From NCBI RefSeq assembly GCF_026571515.1, contig NW_026861258.1:62001-126000 (forward strand): a DNA stretch of 64,000 nt, written 5' to 3'. A program made the position numbers and the translations under genes. Positions within the stretch are counted from its first letter, which is position 1. Each line of letters starts with the position of its first letter. The stretch is from Ruditapes philippinarum. Lineage: Eukaryota. The notes below the pieces were generated by a model. That model did no database searches. It worked only from the letters and a program-made list of their open reading frames with translations, and was not told the origin of the DNA. Below are positions 1-13,923 of this stretch, piece by piece.

Positions 1-2054
1 AATAGCTATAGTATTGTATTCGACAATGTTTAATGACAAGTTTATTTCACACTACTAAGGGGGGGGGGGGGGGAATAAACCGACGGTAAATTTGTATGGC
101 TTATTTGGGAGGTCTCGTAATGCAAACGCTGGAAAATCATCTGCTCTGTAAACTCACATTTCTGGAGTTTTGTAATATGTGCATATATGTTTTGATAAAA
201 CTATGTAGATATGAATTGACATGGCTATGGTAATGCCATATGGTATTGAATCATGAAACACTGGTTGTGGTTGCTGGTATTCAGTAAAAGCAAAAATAGG
301 ACGAGGATTTTTTCTGGCGTAATTCTTAAGAAGGTCGAGGAGTACATTAAAACGAAGGAAATCATATTATGGCCAATTAGCAAATTTACGCAGCTGAAAA
401 AAAGAAAACTTGGCTGAAATTTCAAATGCACTTGGAAAACGAAGATTAGTTACGTATGATGCGCGTGTATCGTCATCAAACTTTAAAATTTGCATAATTT
501 ATGTTCATTTTATGTCTAACCTTATATAAGATGGCTCTCTCTGTTACAATGGTCACAAACAGCATTGGTCCGTATCGATTTTAGTTCGGTTGATATAATT
601 CTTTAAAATTGTTTATGGTTATGAGTATTCACTGAAATTATTATTGTAAATATTCTCAACAAAATACTAGTTTTTACCAGCATGAAAATCGAAACTATCT
701 CAAGCTTTGATTTTAAGTCTGACTTTATCTAAGATTTACTAAAAACGTAAATAACAGACGTGAAAATTATAGCTCTTAGTTTGCGAACTTTGGCTCCTCT
801 TATTTGTCAGTAAGTTAAGCCTGACTTCTTTCCGAGTCCTCGCTTTTTATTGACACATGTCGGTAGGACAGACTGTATGTCTTAAAGCTTTAATGACTAA
901 AACATTCCTCATTTACCTAGATGGACAAAAGAAATTGGAGGGAAGATCTGTAAGTTAAATAGATAGTTGATAAAAAATGTTTACTTTTGTCTTAAAGATG
1001 GGTATAGCGTTGGTATCAATCAAACACAATATCGACAGTTTGTTAACTAATGTTTTACCTGTTAGTTTTGTTATCAGTGTCTACCTTTAATTAAATTTAC
1101 AACCTGGTATTACACAATGTACCGTAAATCTACCAACTCATTGTCGTAATACAGTCAATCCAGTAGTTTAAGGCACTTGATGTCTACTTAACTTCCTCGG
1201 TACTTGGTAATGACCGGGAAATAAGTCGGGGTCCCTGTATACAGTATGATATGCAGCGACAATTGTGTGATATTTAGATTTTTACATTTGATGTCTATCA
1301 GCGGGCACCCCTTCCAATAAGTTACGAAACATATTTGCAGTTTCGACACGTGTATTTACGTGCCTGAGTCACGTGACGCCGAGCTTACGGCACGGTGAGC
1401 GCATTTCATACAGCGATGACGGTAGAAATGTATACTAGTAATTATATCAGTAACATATGTTGTTATTTGGGACCATTTTCAGAAAGGATTGACTGTATTT
1501 TTTATTATTTTTTTGGGAAACCTAACATTTTATTATGATTAGTATTTTTTTATAGTTTATGATGTACACGTATCTTAGAGATTTTGTTGTATCCTCGTTC
1601 TTTCATATGGGATTACGCTGAATGTATGTAGGTCAGTTAAGCCACGTTGCAATTATTAAATATCAATAAGAACATTGTCCAGGTGCACGTGGTATAGGCA
1701 TGTGTTTTGTATCCCCGCGGTATTGATTGTAGAGCTTTATTATTATTGAGCGTTTAAATTAATTTTGCAAAATCGTTTTCTCTTTATGGACTTTATATCG
1801 GAAAAATGCTTCAAATGTAATAATTCAGGTGTTTACTTCACCAATAATGTAGATCTAAATTAAAACAAAGATTAAATAAAGTTTCAGGTTATTTAATTGC
1901 GCATTTTCATTTATTTATTTTCATTTATTGTGCGGACTGAAATGAAACCATGAAATTATTTTAAAAAGAGGATAAAGTCTGCAATTGTAGTAACAATTTC
2001 GTCTCTCATATACATCATAACATGTATACATATATTACTAATTTCATTTACATG

Positions 2055-4121
2055 TTAAAACATCCAAGCATTGATGTCGTCTCCCGGCGTCCCTGGTGCC
2101 CTAGTTTTTGGACCGGAAGGAGGGTCAGATCCCCAGTTCCGGCTTGTTCTGGTATTGGCAAACGATTTGCCGCTGTCAACGTCATCATTTACACTGACGA
2201 CAGAGCCTGAAATAAAACATGCATTTATTTTACTGGTAGTATAACTACAATGTATATAGAAAGTAAATTAAAATAACAAGTCTAATCGTCACTTTTAATT
2301 TAGCTCGAATCATGTCTTACTGGATAGTGCGTTAAATTTATAGACCTTTTGGCTGTAGTAGGGGACCGAACACACGGCCCCTAGACTTCTTAACTCGCTC
2401 TTCCGTACCATTATTAACGACGTTGCTGACGAGAATGCATGAAAAATCATGAAATGTGACAAGTTTTCACGAAGCCGTGACAGATGTTTTAAGCTTTTAG
2501 ATATTCATACCAGTTATGTAACTCGTGTCAAATTAAGATGAAGCTAGATCTAGTGACAATTTTCAAATCAACTTTTAGCTGACAGCTTTCTATAAATACT
2601 TAATACTGAAAAAAATATGGAATAAACAGTTCAAAGTGTGCTAAATGTTTCTACAGAAATATGTAGTAAAATGTGTCTCACCACTTCTGCTTGAATATTT
2701 TGGCGGGTAAGACTCGTCAGATATGTCTGACCCCTGTCGATTTAATCCTGGTGCAGAATCATCACCCCCTCTTTTCAAAAGTTTCCAGATCCCCATTCCT
2801 GCTCCACCAATCAGAAGCGGGCTCATGGCGCCTGCCGCTGCAGCAAGAACTTCCGACTTGCCGGCAGCATCGGCTGCCATCGCTTCACCTCCGTCTTCTG
2901 CATCGCTAGAAAAGTTACATTCGCAGTCCTTCTTGGTAACAGGACACGTGTCCTAAATTAAGAAACGTACAACAATAAATCGTTATGAAAGTAATAGTAT
3001 AAAATAAGTTCAGTACTGTGAACCACTGACCAGTGGGACGCTGATTGTAATCAAACGAGACATTATAAATTAAATTTTGAAAAAAATCGCATCAAACAAA
3101 TACTTATATTGTGGACGGTTATAAATACAAACACCAACTGCAAATAGGACATGGACGCGTACCGGTAACCATGAGGTAGAGTATATTCTGGTTAGAAGTG
3201 TCCAAATGTGGACACTTGCTTCTATGCTTCTTACAACTGATTCTACCGTTTAATTATCTTTGCTTAGTAATTTTGATTAGTAATTACTTAGTAATTGGGA
3301 TCCATCTCTCCTGGACATGGTTTATTCTAATTAGAGATGAAGCTTTTTTTTTAGCTTACATTGGCGGTATCGAAATCAGTGCAGCAAGACGACTACGTTT
3401 ACCAATTAAATCTTTCTGTCTTGAGGTATGACAGAAATCAAAGACATGAACGATTGATCGCAAGAGTAAGACACTTCATGATGAATTAATATTCCAAAAT
3501 TGTGAAACTGATATTGCAGGAACCGCAAGATAAACTATGTCCATGCTATGTTTACAATTTTCGGAAACAGACCTTGTTCCGTATACCATGCCCTTTCTTT
3601 CTCTTTCATTGATGAATTTATAAGAATCTTGTTTCGAAATCGGCTATATCATTTTAGTAACCTATAATATGGGAATGTTTCTCAAATTTGAAGGTGATAT
3701 ATAGATCGTCTTAGAGAGTATTAAACCTCTGTTACCCGGGGTCCAAATTTAATAACCGTTCATGCTCAAATTGCAAATGGTCGTATAATTAATCTATCAA
3801 TCTCGTATTACTCACCTCTGAACAAAAAATAGTTTAATAGTTTAAAAACCTTTAAGTTTAACATCAAAGCAGTGAAAACGTATTTGTGCTGTAAACTTAT
3901 TTTCAAATTATATGAAAATTTTCAACCGCAATGTTGTTGCTTTGTGATAAAGAAATTTGAATAAAAAACAAACATTGAAAAGCATTTGTAAACCATCGAT
4001 GTTGTTTGTTGAATTGTCAATTTTTTACAAGAATAAATTATATATCAAATCATACCTCGGCTGTGGCAGCAACTAAGACCATGAACAGCACAAATAAACG
4101 CAAGTGTCCTCTGTTGAACAT
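2055..4121 (-). CDS. Small secreted-pathway single-pass membrane protein, unknown family (paralog A, ~162 aa, 3 exons)
   Basis: Exons 4121-4056 (MFNRGHLRLFVLFMVLVAATAE, signal peptide, donor GTATG), 2952-2682 (DTCPVTKKDCECNF...EVLAAAAGAMSPLLIGGAGMGIWKLLKR...; acceptor TTTAG, donor GTGAG) and 2206-2055 (acceptor TTTCAG, ends ...GDDINAWMF*). Phases 0 and 1 join into one open frame of 489 nt. Confidence 0.8.
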
Positions 4122-5788
4122 ACTCTGTTTATTTATTTATCCTCTCGAGGCACAGAAGAAATAAATATTAGGAAAAAATGCCGTCAGTAACGTTATTTGT
4201 GATATTAGATTATTATTGCGTTGTATTCATCCCCCAAAATGACAAGCTGGGGACACCTATGCAATCGATAAGCTTATCAGTCTTATATTTCGATTGCCGA
4301 TACTCAAAATCTCCTATACCGTAATGGATTTAAAATATTTGTGTAGCCTTCCTTGTGGTGAATATCAATATGCATGACCTGTAATGGTTCTCTGACCTTC
4401 TGTACAATGACGTCAATGCCAAGAAGTTTCTTTCTTAATCTAAAAACCACAGACCACCGCTAAGTAATGTAGGTGATATGTTTATGATAGAAAAAAAGTA
4501 ATTCATAATTGGCATATTGATCTACAGGATGTATATAAACATATAATACATGACAAACTTGTCCCTTACATTACTCTTTTCAATTATTATATATGTCTAT
4601 TAAATATGTCATTCTAGCATCAACCCAAAGAAATCTTTGTCTTAAATTAAAAAAAAAATGGGACTTAATTGAAACAAGAATCGCGTAGATTAATGACTTT
4701 CAGCAAAGTTTACCAATATTAAACAAATTTGGTAAAGACAACTTTTTACACACAAAACGCTTAATGCGGCTTAATGCGGCTCCATAGAGTTCCTAAAGCC
4801 TAAACATAGAATTTGAAATTTTTCACACATACTAGTAATAAAAGGAGCACATTTTAAGCAAAGGATCTCATAGGTTGAAAATCGATTTTTTTGTGCGATA
4901 TATCAATAATAATAATAATTTTGTGTCGATTGTTCAATCATCTGGCATGTACTTTCAGTTATAAACGTTTTCTAAACTTTTAACAGCACCGCATAACAGA
5001 ATTTATTCAAAGAAGGCTGTACATAGGACCATATAAACCATATACCATTGGTCATATATAACCAGGTTACATCCTTTGCACACAATATGGGAATATATTC
5101 GTCATCGATCAATTATTTAAAATTGTCGCTAAAGTGATCAAGCTTTGTGGGAACCAACATAGCACTGTGCTGTAGCCGGTATGTACAGCGCACCATAGTT
5201 CCTTTGCAACCATGTTCTACTAATTGTGCAAGACCCTGAACTCTAATCATAATTCACATAATTATGTGATACATTGAATTTTGTAAAAATGGCTCTATGA
5301 ATGAGTTCGATGTCTTTTTGGTTTAACATAACATTTAACATATGAACAATATTTACACAATACATTTTGAGATGGGGGAAAAAGCTATAAAATATTATGA
5401 ATGTCCTCTTCGGTGTCTTTTTGTTGTCTGTAAGTGGGCGCAATATCGGTTTTTTTTTTGGTTTTTTATGTTTGTTTTTTTGCTTTATTAGAAATTGTCC
5501 AGCGATTTTTATATTCAAATAACGAACTATCTTAATATGCGTGACCACCAATTCAAGGTGGTCAGATAGCGTACGGATACACAGAGGATACATACAAGTA
5601 TAACTGTGTGCAGACGAACTGTAACATTGTTGATAACTTAGCTCCAAAAAGGTGTAGAAGCAATAACGGTATTATTATGTAAATGCCTTTTTTTGTAATC
5701 GTATGTCCAACATAAGTGTGTCAGTAAGGCATCTTCAATTAACCAAATAAGCAACATTAACTAAAGTGACGTTGTGTTGTAACATTAA

Positions 5789-6134
5789 AGCTGCATGCCT
5801 CCAGATGAGCCAAAATATTTCAAGAAATTCAATCTTTAGAAAAATGTTTTAAGATCTTAAGAAAAGTAAAAAGATTCAATATTTAATTAATTATTCACAT
5901 GCTATGTGCGACTTATGACTGATTTTACAGTATCAATCAATATAATTCTACTGCGTTACTAACGCAGTAAGAGGTATTTATGTATATTTTGACCTCTTTT
6001 TGGTAATTTATGTGGATTGTAAGTGCCGTTTGCAATGTGTGAATTATTTTCTTTGGTCTTTTTACAGTATTTTACTTTCTAATACATTTTCAAAATTTTC
6101 GTGAACATTAGCATAAATCTGGAGGCATGCTGCT
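5789..6134. mobile_element. MITE with TTAA target site (Kolobok/piggyBac-type non-autonomous element)
   Basis: TTAA-AGCTGCATGCCTCCAGAT ... ATCTGGAGGCATGCTGCT-TTAA: 18-bp TIR with 1 mismatch, flanked by TTAA. Confidence 0.8.
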
Positions 6135-7121
6135 TTAAAATAATTTATTACAACAGTTCGAGACATTACAAATTGTGATGCGGCTTCTGGCGGACTGTTT
6201 ATTTTATTATTATTTTTTTTACTGTAAAAGCAAATCTGTTTTACTAGACATGTTAAAGGCGCAACACTGATTTTCAACAAAGGAAAATGAGATAAATATC
6301 AACTCTTTGATGCGACTTATACAAGTGATTTCATACCAACAACAAAACACACACATGCACACAAAATGAGAACAAAAACACGGGAAAATTGTCTACACAT
6401 AAAACAAATTTATTTTCTAAAACAAAACTAAATATTATGACTTTTTTCTTCAAAATTTAATAATGTATCTACATTTTAATAGAATGTATTTTTGCAACAG
6501 ATTAAGTACTTTCTTTTTCCAAAGAAAAACAACAAAGAGGCTTTTTTGAGATAAATGTTTACTAAGCTTATATATATTATTATATCAATCTATTCGTTTA
6601 TAAGTTCCAGAAATGAAATCATTATAAATAAATTGTTCTTACAAAAATTAGGACAATATATAATACATTAAAGAACAATGAAATAGAAAAGCCAATAAAA
6701 GGCTTTTTGTCAGCTTCACCAACACATATTATCCTTTAATTGTCTATTACTCTGTAATCAAACAATAAAATCATATGTAATGCTAAAAAGGCTTATAGGG
6801 ACTCCACTGAGGTTTTTGACAGGACGAGACTGGTAATAATTTCTCGAAATTAATGTTCCGTTTGATGTGGGTCTAGACCAATAACTTGTGTGTGTAAACT
6901 TTCAGGTCATTCGCTCACTCTAGTTTTCCAGAATTATTACTCTAATTGTAAAAAAATGACCAAAATTGAAAAGCGTTGCAACACTTTTCACTCAAATTTG
7001 GCTAAGAATAGCATGAAAATACTCAATGGAGTTTCTTTAAGCTATAGTATCGATTAACAAAATGAATAATAAGTAAATAGCATACAGATGACCTATAAAC
7101 CATTTATATTTGGCGGGGTAT

Positions 7122-7470
7122 TTTAAAGTGACATTATGCTCATTTTTTTCACTGTCAAGCTGAGCTGAATTCGTTAAATATTTACAATGATTGACTATTG
7201 TAAATGTCATTGACTAAAAATAGATAATGACTAACATTGAGGATAAAATATAAAAACTGCCTAAATACTAAAAATACTTCCCCACTCTTTTTATAAATTG
7301 AACGTTTCCAATAAATTCAGAAAGATACGTATATTTTACATATATTTATATGGGTCACGGGGGTGATTAAATTATTAGTGTGACATTATGAAATTGAAAA
7401 CAAATATGACAAAATGTTAAGTTCATTTGAATATTTCTTATAAAAAAGGTCACCGTTAATGTTACTTTAA
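7122..7470. mobile_element. Degenerate TTAA-flanked MITE, copy 1
   Basis: Starts ttaaagtgacattatgc and ends taatgttactttaa. The interior (ggataaaatataaaaactgcct...cccactct...) is shared with 8420-8770. Confidence 0.6.
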
Positions 7471-8419
7471 GTAAAAAATAACAAAAGAAGTAGATTTCTG
7501 TGGCGGATTTTTTGTACAACAAAACGCCCGAAGATTTTTTTCTTAGAGTAAGTAAAAGTTAAGTAAATTGTGTATTACATTGACAAAATGTCATAGAACT
7601 CTTGGAACAAAAAAAACGAAGGACGGAATGACTAAGAATGCTATAATTAGACACGAAACAAGAAAAAAAGGAATCCATTTTTATTATCGATTTCAAATGA
7701 TATACTTTTCTTTATTTATACTTCATACTTTTCTTTCATTATATTGCTGCATACTTTCTTTCAAGCTTCACATACATTTCATACTGTTTAGGGTATACGA
7801 GAGATGCTGTGAGTTGTCTTTGAAAAAGGAGACATTTAAACAGTAATCATAGTACATGCAATCACTATTGGAGAAGAATTAAATGAACAATAAGATTACC
7901 CTTTAACAAGCTGCAGCTGGGTTTTGTTTCAGAGAAAGTTCTAATTGTCTAAGTACAGTGATATCAGGTCAACCTCAGAGTTAAATTAAGACGGTTACAA
8001 TAAACATTTTGTCTTTAGCCAAAAACGTATTACTTTAATAAAATTCATTCTTCTGAGAATAGTTTTTTTAAATGTTTTATTGTTCATCTGACTGCTTCTC
8101 CATGTTCTCAGAAATTGAAAAAAAGCATAACATAAGGGTCATAGGACATTTTCTTGAAACGCAGAATTGTGTAAAAAAGCTTTGATTTGAGCCCTTCAAT
8201 TTCCATGTACATTTTGCAATTCTGTTGTGATTAATGATTCCGAGGGATCGCCCTTTTCCAGATTTTTTATATAAAACGCAACTCAGGAACAAAAATTGAT
8301 TAGCCATTTCCGCCAATATAGAGCCATGTCAGCCTATACCCCCGTGCTGTCAGACCAGGCAATTTACTAGTCAAAGCAGTACAATTCTGTGTCATACATA
8401 GCGTTTTCGGGATCATGCA

Positions 8420-8770
8420 TAAAGTGACATTACGATCAATGTTTTCACTGTCAAAATCAGAGCTGTATATTTCAAAAGATTGAAAAGATTTTAATGGCGA
8501 CTGAACAATAATTGATAATTACAAATGTCTAGGATAAAATATAAAAACTGCCTGAAATATAAAGAGACTGTCCCACTCTCTTTATAAAATTGAACATTAC
8601 CAATAATTTCCGAAGGATATCTATAAACATTTGTATGGGTTATTTGGAATTATTGATTACTCAGATGACATTTATTATAAAATTGAAACAAATATGACAA
8701 AATGTAAAGTTATTTTAATTTTACTTAAACACTCCCCACTTACTCTTGCATGGGCATAATGTCACTCTAA
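8420..8770. mobile_element. Degenerate TTAA-type MITE, copy 2
   Basis: Starts taaagtgacattacg and ends gcataatgtcactctaa; colinear similarity to 7122-7470. Confidence 0.6.
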
Positions 8771-9404
8771 ATACACAAGAACGTTTTATATGTTTCGATT
8801 GATCGGAAATATTACTAATAAAGGACAGACTAATAAGCAAATGTCTCATGTTTTGAAGCTGTTAACGTAACTGTGTCTGTACGTGAATTTATATATTCTG
8901 GAAACAGTATCAAATAAATGAACTGAATAGTAATTCTTAATATCAATTCAATGTTTTCTTTTTTCTTCGGAAATATAACCGCATATAGAAATAGAATAAA
9001 TTAGATATACATTTCCACCATAATTATTACAGTTTTCACATTTCAGATAGACAATTTGATAGAAAAAAGAAAGATGTTTTCTAAACTTCTTATATCTTAA
9101 AATATATACCCTATCCCAGCCCTTTAGAAAAAAACATTGTGCATTTTCCATGGACGGTTAAACATATGTTCAGAGAAGAAAATAGAATAAATAATCACTG
9201 CTGATTTTCAATAGGTATGGAATGCCCCATTAATCAAATTTTAATTACATTACCATATATACAAAATGTATAAATAAAAAACCGAAAGACCAAACTACTA
9301 CGATATCACAGACTTTAAAAATTTATAAACCAATTACGAGTAATATACATAACAGAATGTTCGTAATATCCCTAGATTGTCTAAACCGGTCTGAAACAGT
9401 CGAT

Positions 9405-10187
9405 TTAAAAATCGGCAATGGTCCCAGGCATTCCGACATTGTGGCTCAACTTATCATTACGTCCCGCCGAATAAATGTTCGGCGTCTTAACATATCCGCC
9501 ATTTGCCTCGGATTTCTTTTTGTTGAATTCCTGCGGTGGACCTTTCCCTTCTTTTCCACGGTCCACGGATTCTTCCGACATAGACGAGTCTGATCTTTCA
9601 AAAGACGCTGAACCAGAATTTCGTCCGCGTAACATATACCAGACTCCGAACCCCCCTCCACTGACCACAACGGATCCTAAAGCACCAACGGCGCCGGCCA
9701 AGGCTTCGTTGCCCGTGTCCTGCTCTTCTACGTCAATATCTTCATCGCCGTATTTGCACGTGCACTTAGGTACAACGTTACACTGTAAACAGATATAGAG
9801 GATATTTATATGTTATGTACCATAAAATAGTGTTTTTCAAAGATTATCTAAAAAAAATTATATGCTATGTTAAAACCAAATACATTACTATATATTTATA
9901 AATATATTCAAATGTATAACTTTATAAATAGTAAAATCAAAATGTCAAATCTGTTGTATCGTTTTTTTTTCTCAGATTCAAAACGGGAAACTGAACTAAA
10001 AATTAAGTTGAGATTTATACACTTATCTCTTAAGCGATTTTACATCATAAAACAAACATGTTAATAAAATTAAATTTATTTAATAAAGAACTTAAAACAA
10101 ACAATGATATACCTGTTGTCCGTACACTACGGCCACTATTGTTACAAGAACTGAAAATAACACCAATCTCCTCATGTAATTTTCCAT
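9405..10187 (-). CDS. Small single-pass membrane protein, unknown family (paralog B, ~150 aa, 2 exons)
   Basis: Exon 10187-10113 (MENYMRRLVLFSVLVTIVAVVYGQQ, signal peptide, donor GTATAT) and exon 9782-9405 (acceptor TTTACAG; CNVVPKCTCKY...EALAGAVGALGSVVVSGGGFGVWYMLRGR...GTIADF*). Same layout as paralog A. Confidence 0.8.
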
Positions 10188-10779
10188 TCTTTTTTAAATG
10201 TAATGTTGTAACGAGATTTAATAACTAAGGTTCATGAATTGCTTATCACAAATTGTTAGACTTGTTGGAATATTCGATTAAAGCGATATCGCTCAACGTT
10301 TTGGTTTGGAAAAAGATTAGCGGACTTTATGTGGATTCGATATTGTCCGTTTGATTTATCTAAACAACCTTGTTCCGCTTAAAACATCTACGTGAAAATT
10401 ATATTTGATACAAAAACACATTAATTATATTATTATATTCACAATATTTTTACAGATATACATTTTGTTCACCTCTACCTGGTGTCAACGAAGAAATGAA
10501 CTTTTTAATATTTTTTATAATGACATCAAATTTGAATGAAAATTCATCCAGAAAATATAGTCTTTTCATGGTTTTAGTCATGAATGTGTAAGGCAGCGAC
10601 TTTACATATTAACAGAATATTATTATTTTTAAATTGAGATTGCATGTGTAATGAACTTACGCGGGACATTTGTTAATAAACCCCTATCCGAAATACTGTA
10701 AGTACTTAAGTCGGCGTTGTGCATGCCATATGAATCGCAATCCTTGTAGATTTATTATGTCTTTATTTTGGGTATGTGA

Positions 10780-10930
10780 TAAATAGAATATTGAATTCGT
10801 GTAAAATACTGAATCTATTGAACTCGTTGAATAAAATAATATTATGCTCGACAGAGGTTCGTATAATATAATTTTATTCAACTCGTGCAATGAATTCAGT
10901 ATTGAACTTTTACTCCTTCAATATCCTCTA
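10780..10930. repeat. Long imperfect palindrome of a dispersed hairpin-element family
   Basis: Arms of about 70 bp. Diverged reverse-orientation copy of 50557-50715; further copies at ~11340-11430, ~46260-46400 and ~57043-57230. Confidence 0.75.
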
Positions 10931-12932
10931 TTCATCAAATACTCGTGCCACTTTTACGACTCCATAAAAATGGTATTGCACGGCATAGGGTTGCTATGGC
11001 GATACATATAAACAACAAAATGAGAATTTTTTTTTAAATTACAAAATATTTGTAATAGAATTAAATTCTTCTCTTAAATAGCGAAAATTCTTTATAATAT
11101 CTTGATTAATTACTAAGTTATTAATAGCGTCCATGAATATATTGATCAACCCTCGTATTTGGACGTGACGTCTTTTACGTTATACAACACAATGATTACC
11201 TCCCTTGGTAGATTGTATGATAAGGGGAGATCATTGCATAGGAGATGGCAAACAAAGTCTAAAGAAGCGCAAAATGTTAGCGTCAATGAAAAATGATTGC
11301 TTTTTTACTTAAGACAGTCTTTATTATGGGTTTGTGATAAAAATAGATTTATTGAATTCGTTGAATAAAATAAAATTTTGCTCGCCAGAGGCTCGCATAC
11401 GATAATTTTATTCAACTCGATCAATAAATTCACCAACATTTTTACATGGATTAGGATGAAAAAGAAAGTTAAAGAATATAAGGTGACTGTATGGTCTTAA
11501 ATAGCAAATTTACGACAGTTGTAATTATGAAATTCATTGTACTACGTATATCGTTGCCATTTTTTATCGTCTTTTGACATTTTCGCCTCAAAAATGCAAA
11601 ACACAAAGATACGACCTGACTTTGTCGGATTTTTATGAATACGCAAAGGCGCAAATCAGCAACCATATTAATTTAATATATATGTTCGGGTAGTTCAATG
11701 TTTGTCCGTTCATATATGCAAATAATATTTAATATCTCAGTCACATAAAAAATTACACAACCAGTAATTCTCAAAACAAAGGAGATAAAGCATGATCTAT
11801 GTGGATAGTGTCAATACAACAATGACTGGGGGAGGTTTTCCGATTAGCTGGTTAGTGCCAGATAAAAAGCGGGAATCGGTATACAGCAAGAGTGTATCGA
11901 TTAGCTGTACCTAATACCTTGATAACGATAATCCAAATATAACAAACGTTTCTGACCCCTTTCCCCTTACCTTGGATGAAAGTCAAGTATAAGTGCAATT
12001 TAGATATCACAATGTATGTGAATATTGATAAATACTGACGCATTTATTATTGCATTATCAAAAAAAAGGTGTTTTTTTTCTCTCACAATGCAAATTCAAG
12101 TACACACTATCCTTTTAAAAATTATGACGAATTAAAATAAAATAGATAAATGGAAAGAAAGAAATAAACAAAAAAGGGAAGAAAATATGAATGGAGGAAC
12201 GAAGAAAAACGGGTGTCAAGAACCCTATAGTAAGGAGTATGCATAAAATTATGAATTCAGAATTTCAGAATGTCGTGTAGACGGATAAGAATAATGTGCA
12301 CGAGTATATAACGAATTTTTTTTTAGCAAGATAAAAAAAAATATTATTGAACAATTTATCAAGGTCAAAATCAATAAAATTAATGTTAGATAAACATTTA
12401 GGCTTTATTAGTTAAAGGTGAATTTAGTATGTTTGTTGTTCCCACCGGAAAGTAATTACATGTTAAGGATTACAAACCCTACTGTACAGCACATAAAAAT
12501 TCTAAATTTAGAATCATTTGGTTTGCTTCATAGTTGTTTAAGTCTGTGGTAACGTAATTGTTACTTAAAGTCAGTTTGTATATTGTATAGGTCCAAACTG
12601 AAAACAAAAACATTTCTACACACAAAAAATCCTTATTTCATATGCAAAAATTCTTCTTCTAATTATGTAGTGGTGATAGGAATTGGGCAAAATTGCAAAG
12701 AAGTTGTATGGCACTTAAAACAATAATAAATCAAAGCACAGAAGGCGCTGGATCTGTTTGGGTCTCAGAATGTCCGAAAGGTGAAGGTTGTGAGATTATA
12801 AACCAATTTGTTTTTGTATAGTGCCACCAATGCTTTCCAGTGTTTTAACTGTAGTAATTGGGATATAAGACTAATTGCAACACTGATATTCAATTCAATG
12901 TTTATTTGACTTAAATTTTTAAAAAAAAAAAT

Positions 12933-13003
12933 GAGTTGCCTTAACTGGGATTTGAACTCCAGACCTCTCGATTTCTAAGCGAGCGTGAAAACCCCTCGGC
13001 CAC
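12933..13003 (-). repeat. tRNA-like (pol III A/B box) repeat head
   Basis: Minus strand reads ccgtggccgaggggttttcacgctcgcttagaaatcgagaggtctggagttcaaatcccag, with A-box-like and B-box-like motifs; no clean cloverleaf. Confidence 0.5.
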
Positions 13004-13499
13004 GGTGAAGTTATATGTTAACAGCCTGAAGAAAACCATATTATTCTAAATTAGGCTTTGTTACTTATTATTTCGACGCTAAACCTGTTGTTTAACACAG
13101 ATGTAAATAATCATGGAGCTTAATATAAGCATGTATATCTATAAAGGATAAAACAATATTAGAAATCTTCGACCATTCGAGAACTATTTTGCTTGAAAAT
13201 TAATGCGCCTGTCATTTGACATTCTTTACGCAGTGACCTCCCCTGAATTTTTCGGCGTTAGTGTAAAGGGAAGTAACTGCTTCAAAAAAGCGAACTACTT
13301 TCGGCATTTGCAATTAACAGCATCAGAGTCTGAAATTTCTCTACCATTTTTTGTTTGGTCCGACGACCCCCCAAAAAAATGGATAGTGAATTTTTTTCTA
13401 ATACTTCAAAAACTAATGTTTTGTACTATCTAGAAAAGAATAAAGGTAATGAAAAGCTGATTCCTTTTGGTGGCGAATAGGAAACAAATGTATGTTTTT

Positions 13500-13770
13500 G
13501 TAATGCTTTCCCGCCAAATAAAATTTAACACCGGCCAATATCGTAATAAATCGGTCATTTCCGGAAGATTATTATTCACGATCTTTGGTATTCGTTCATA
13601 ACCGAAATTTAGTGCATAGCGATAATGGATGAGTAATTGTTAATAATCTTAATGTCCAAGATTTTGAAAAAAAATAACATTCCGGAAATAACCGATTCCC
13701 TACGATATTAATATTGGCCGATGTTATGTGTTTTTGTGTTTGTTTTTTTTTTTTGGCGGGAAAGCATTAC
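13500..13770. mobile_element. MITE with 19-bp TIR (second copy ~35918-36180)
   Basis: GTAATGCTTTCCCGCCAAA ... TTTGGCGGGAAAGCATTAC; a related, more diverged copy lies in an eIF4A3 intron. Confidence 0.8.
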
Positions 13771-13923
13771 AGTGAAATTACTTTAAGTTTGACGTGTTAG
13801 ATCTTTATTACAGATTACACTTGACTTACTCCTTACATCAACAGTAAAATATTATACACTTATTTCGTAAGGTCAACACTCTCCGCATCTTGTATTCTGT
13901 CAGAGCATGCGCAGTGGTGATTA

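Noticed and set aside
1368-1377. Perfect GTCACGTGAC (CLEAR/E-box) palindrome
   Set aside because: A single 10-bp motif with no gene start that I could link to it.
2673-2956. Plus-strand ORFs at 2673-2956 (and likewise 9357-9798, 16898-17206, 19365-19565)
   Set aside because: Antisense shadows of the real minus-strand exons.
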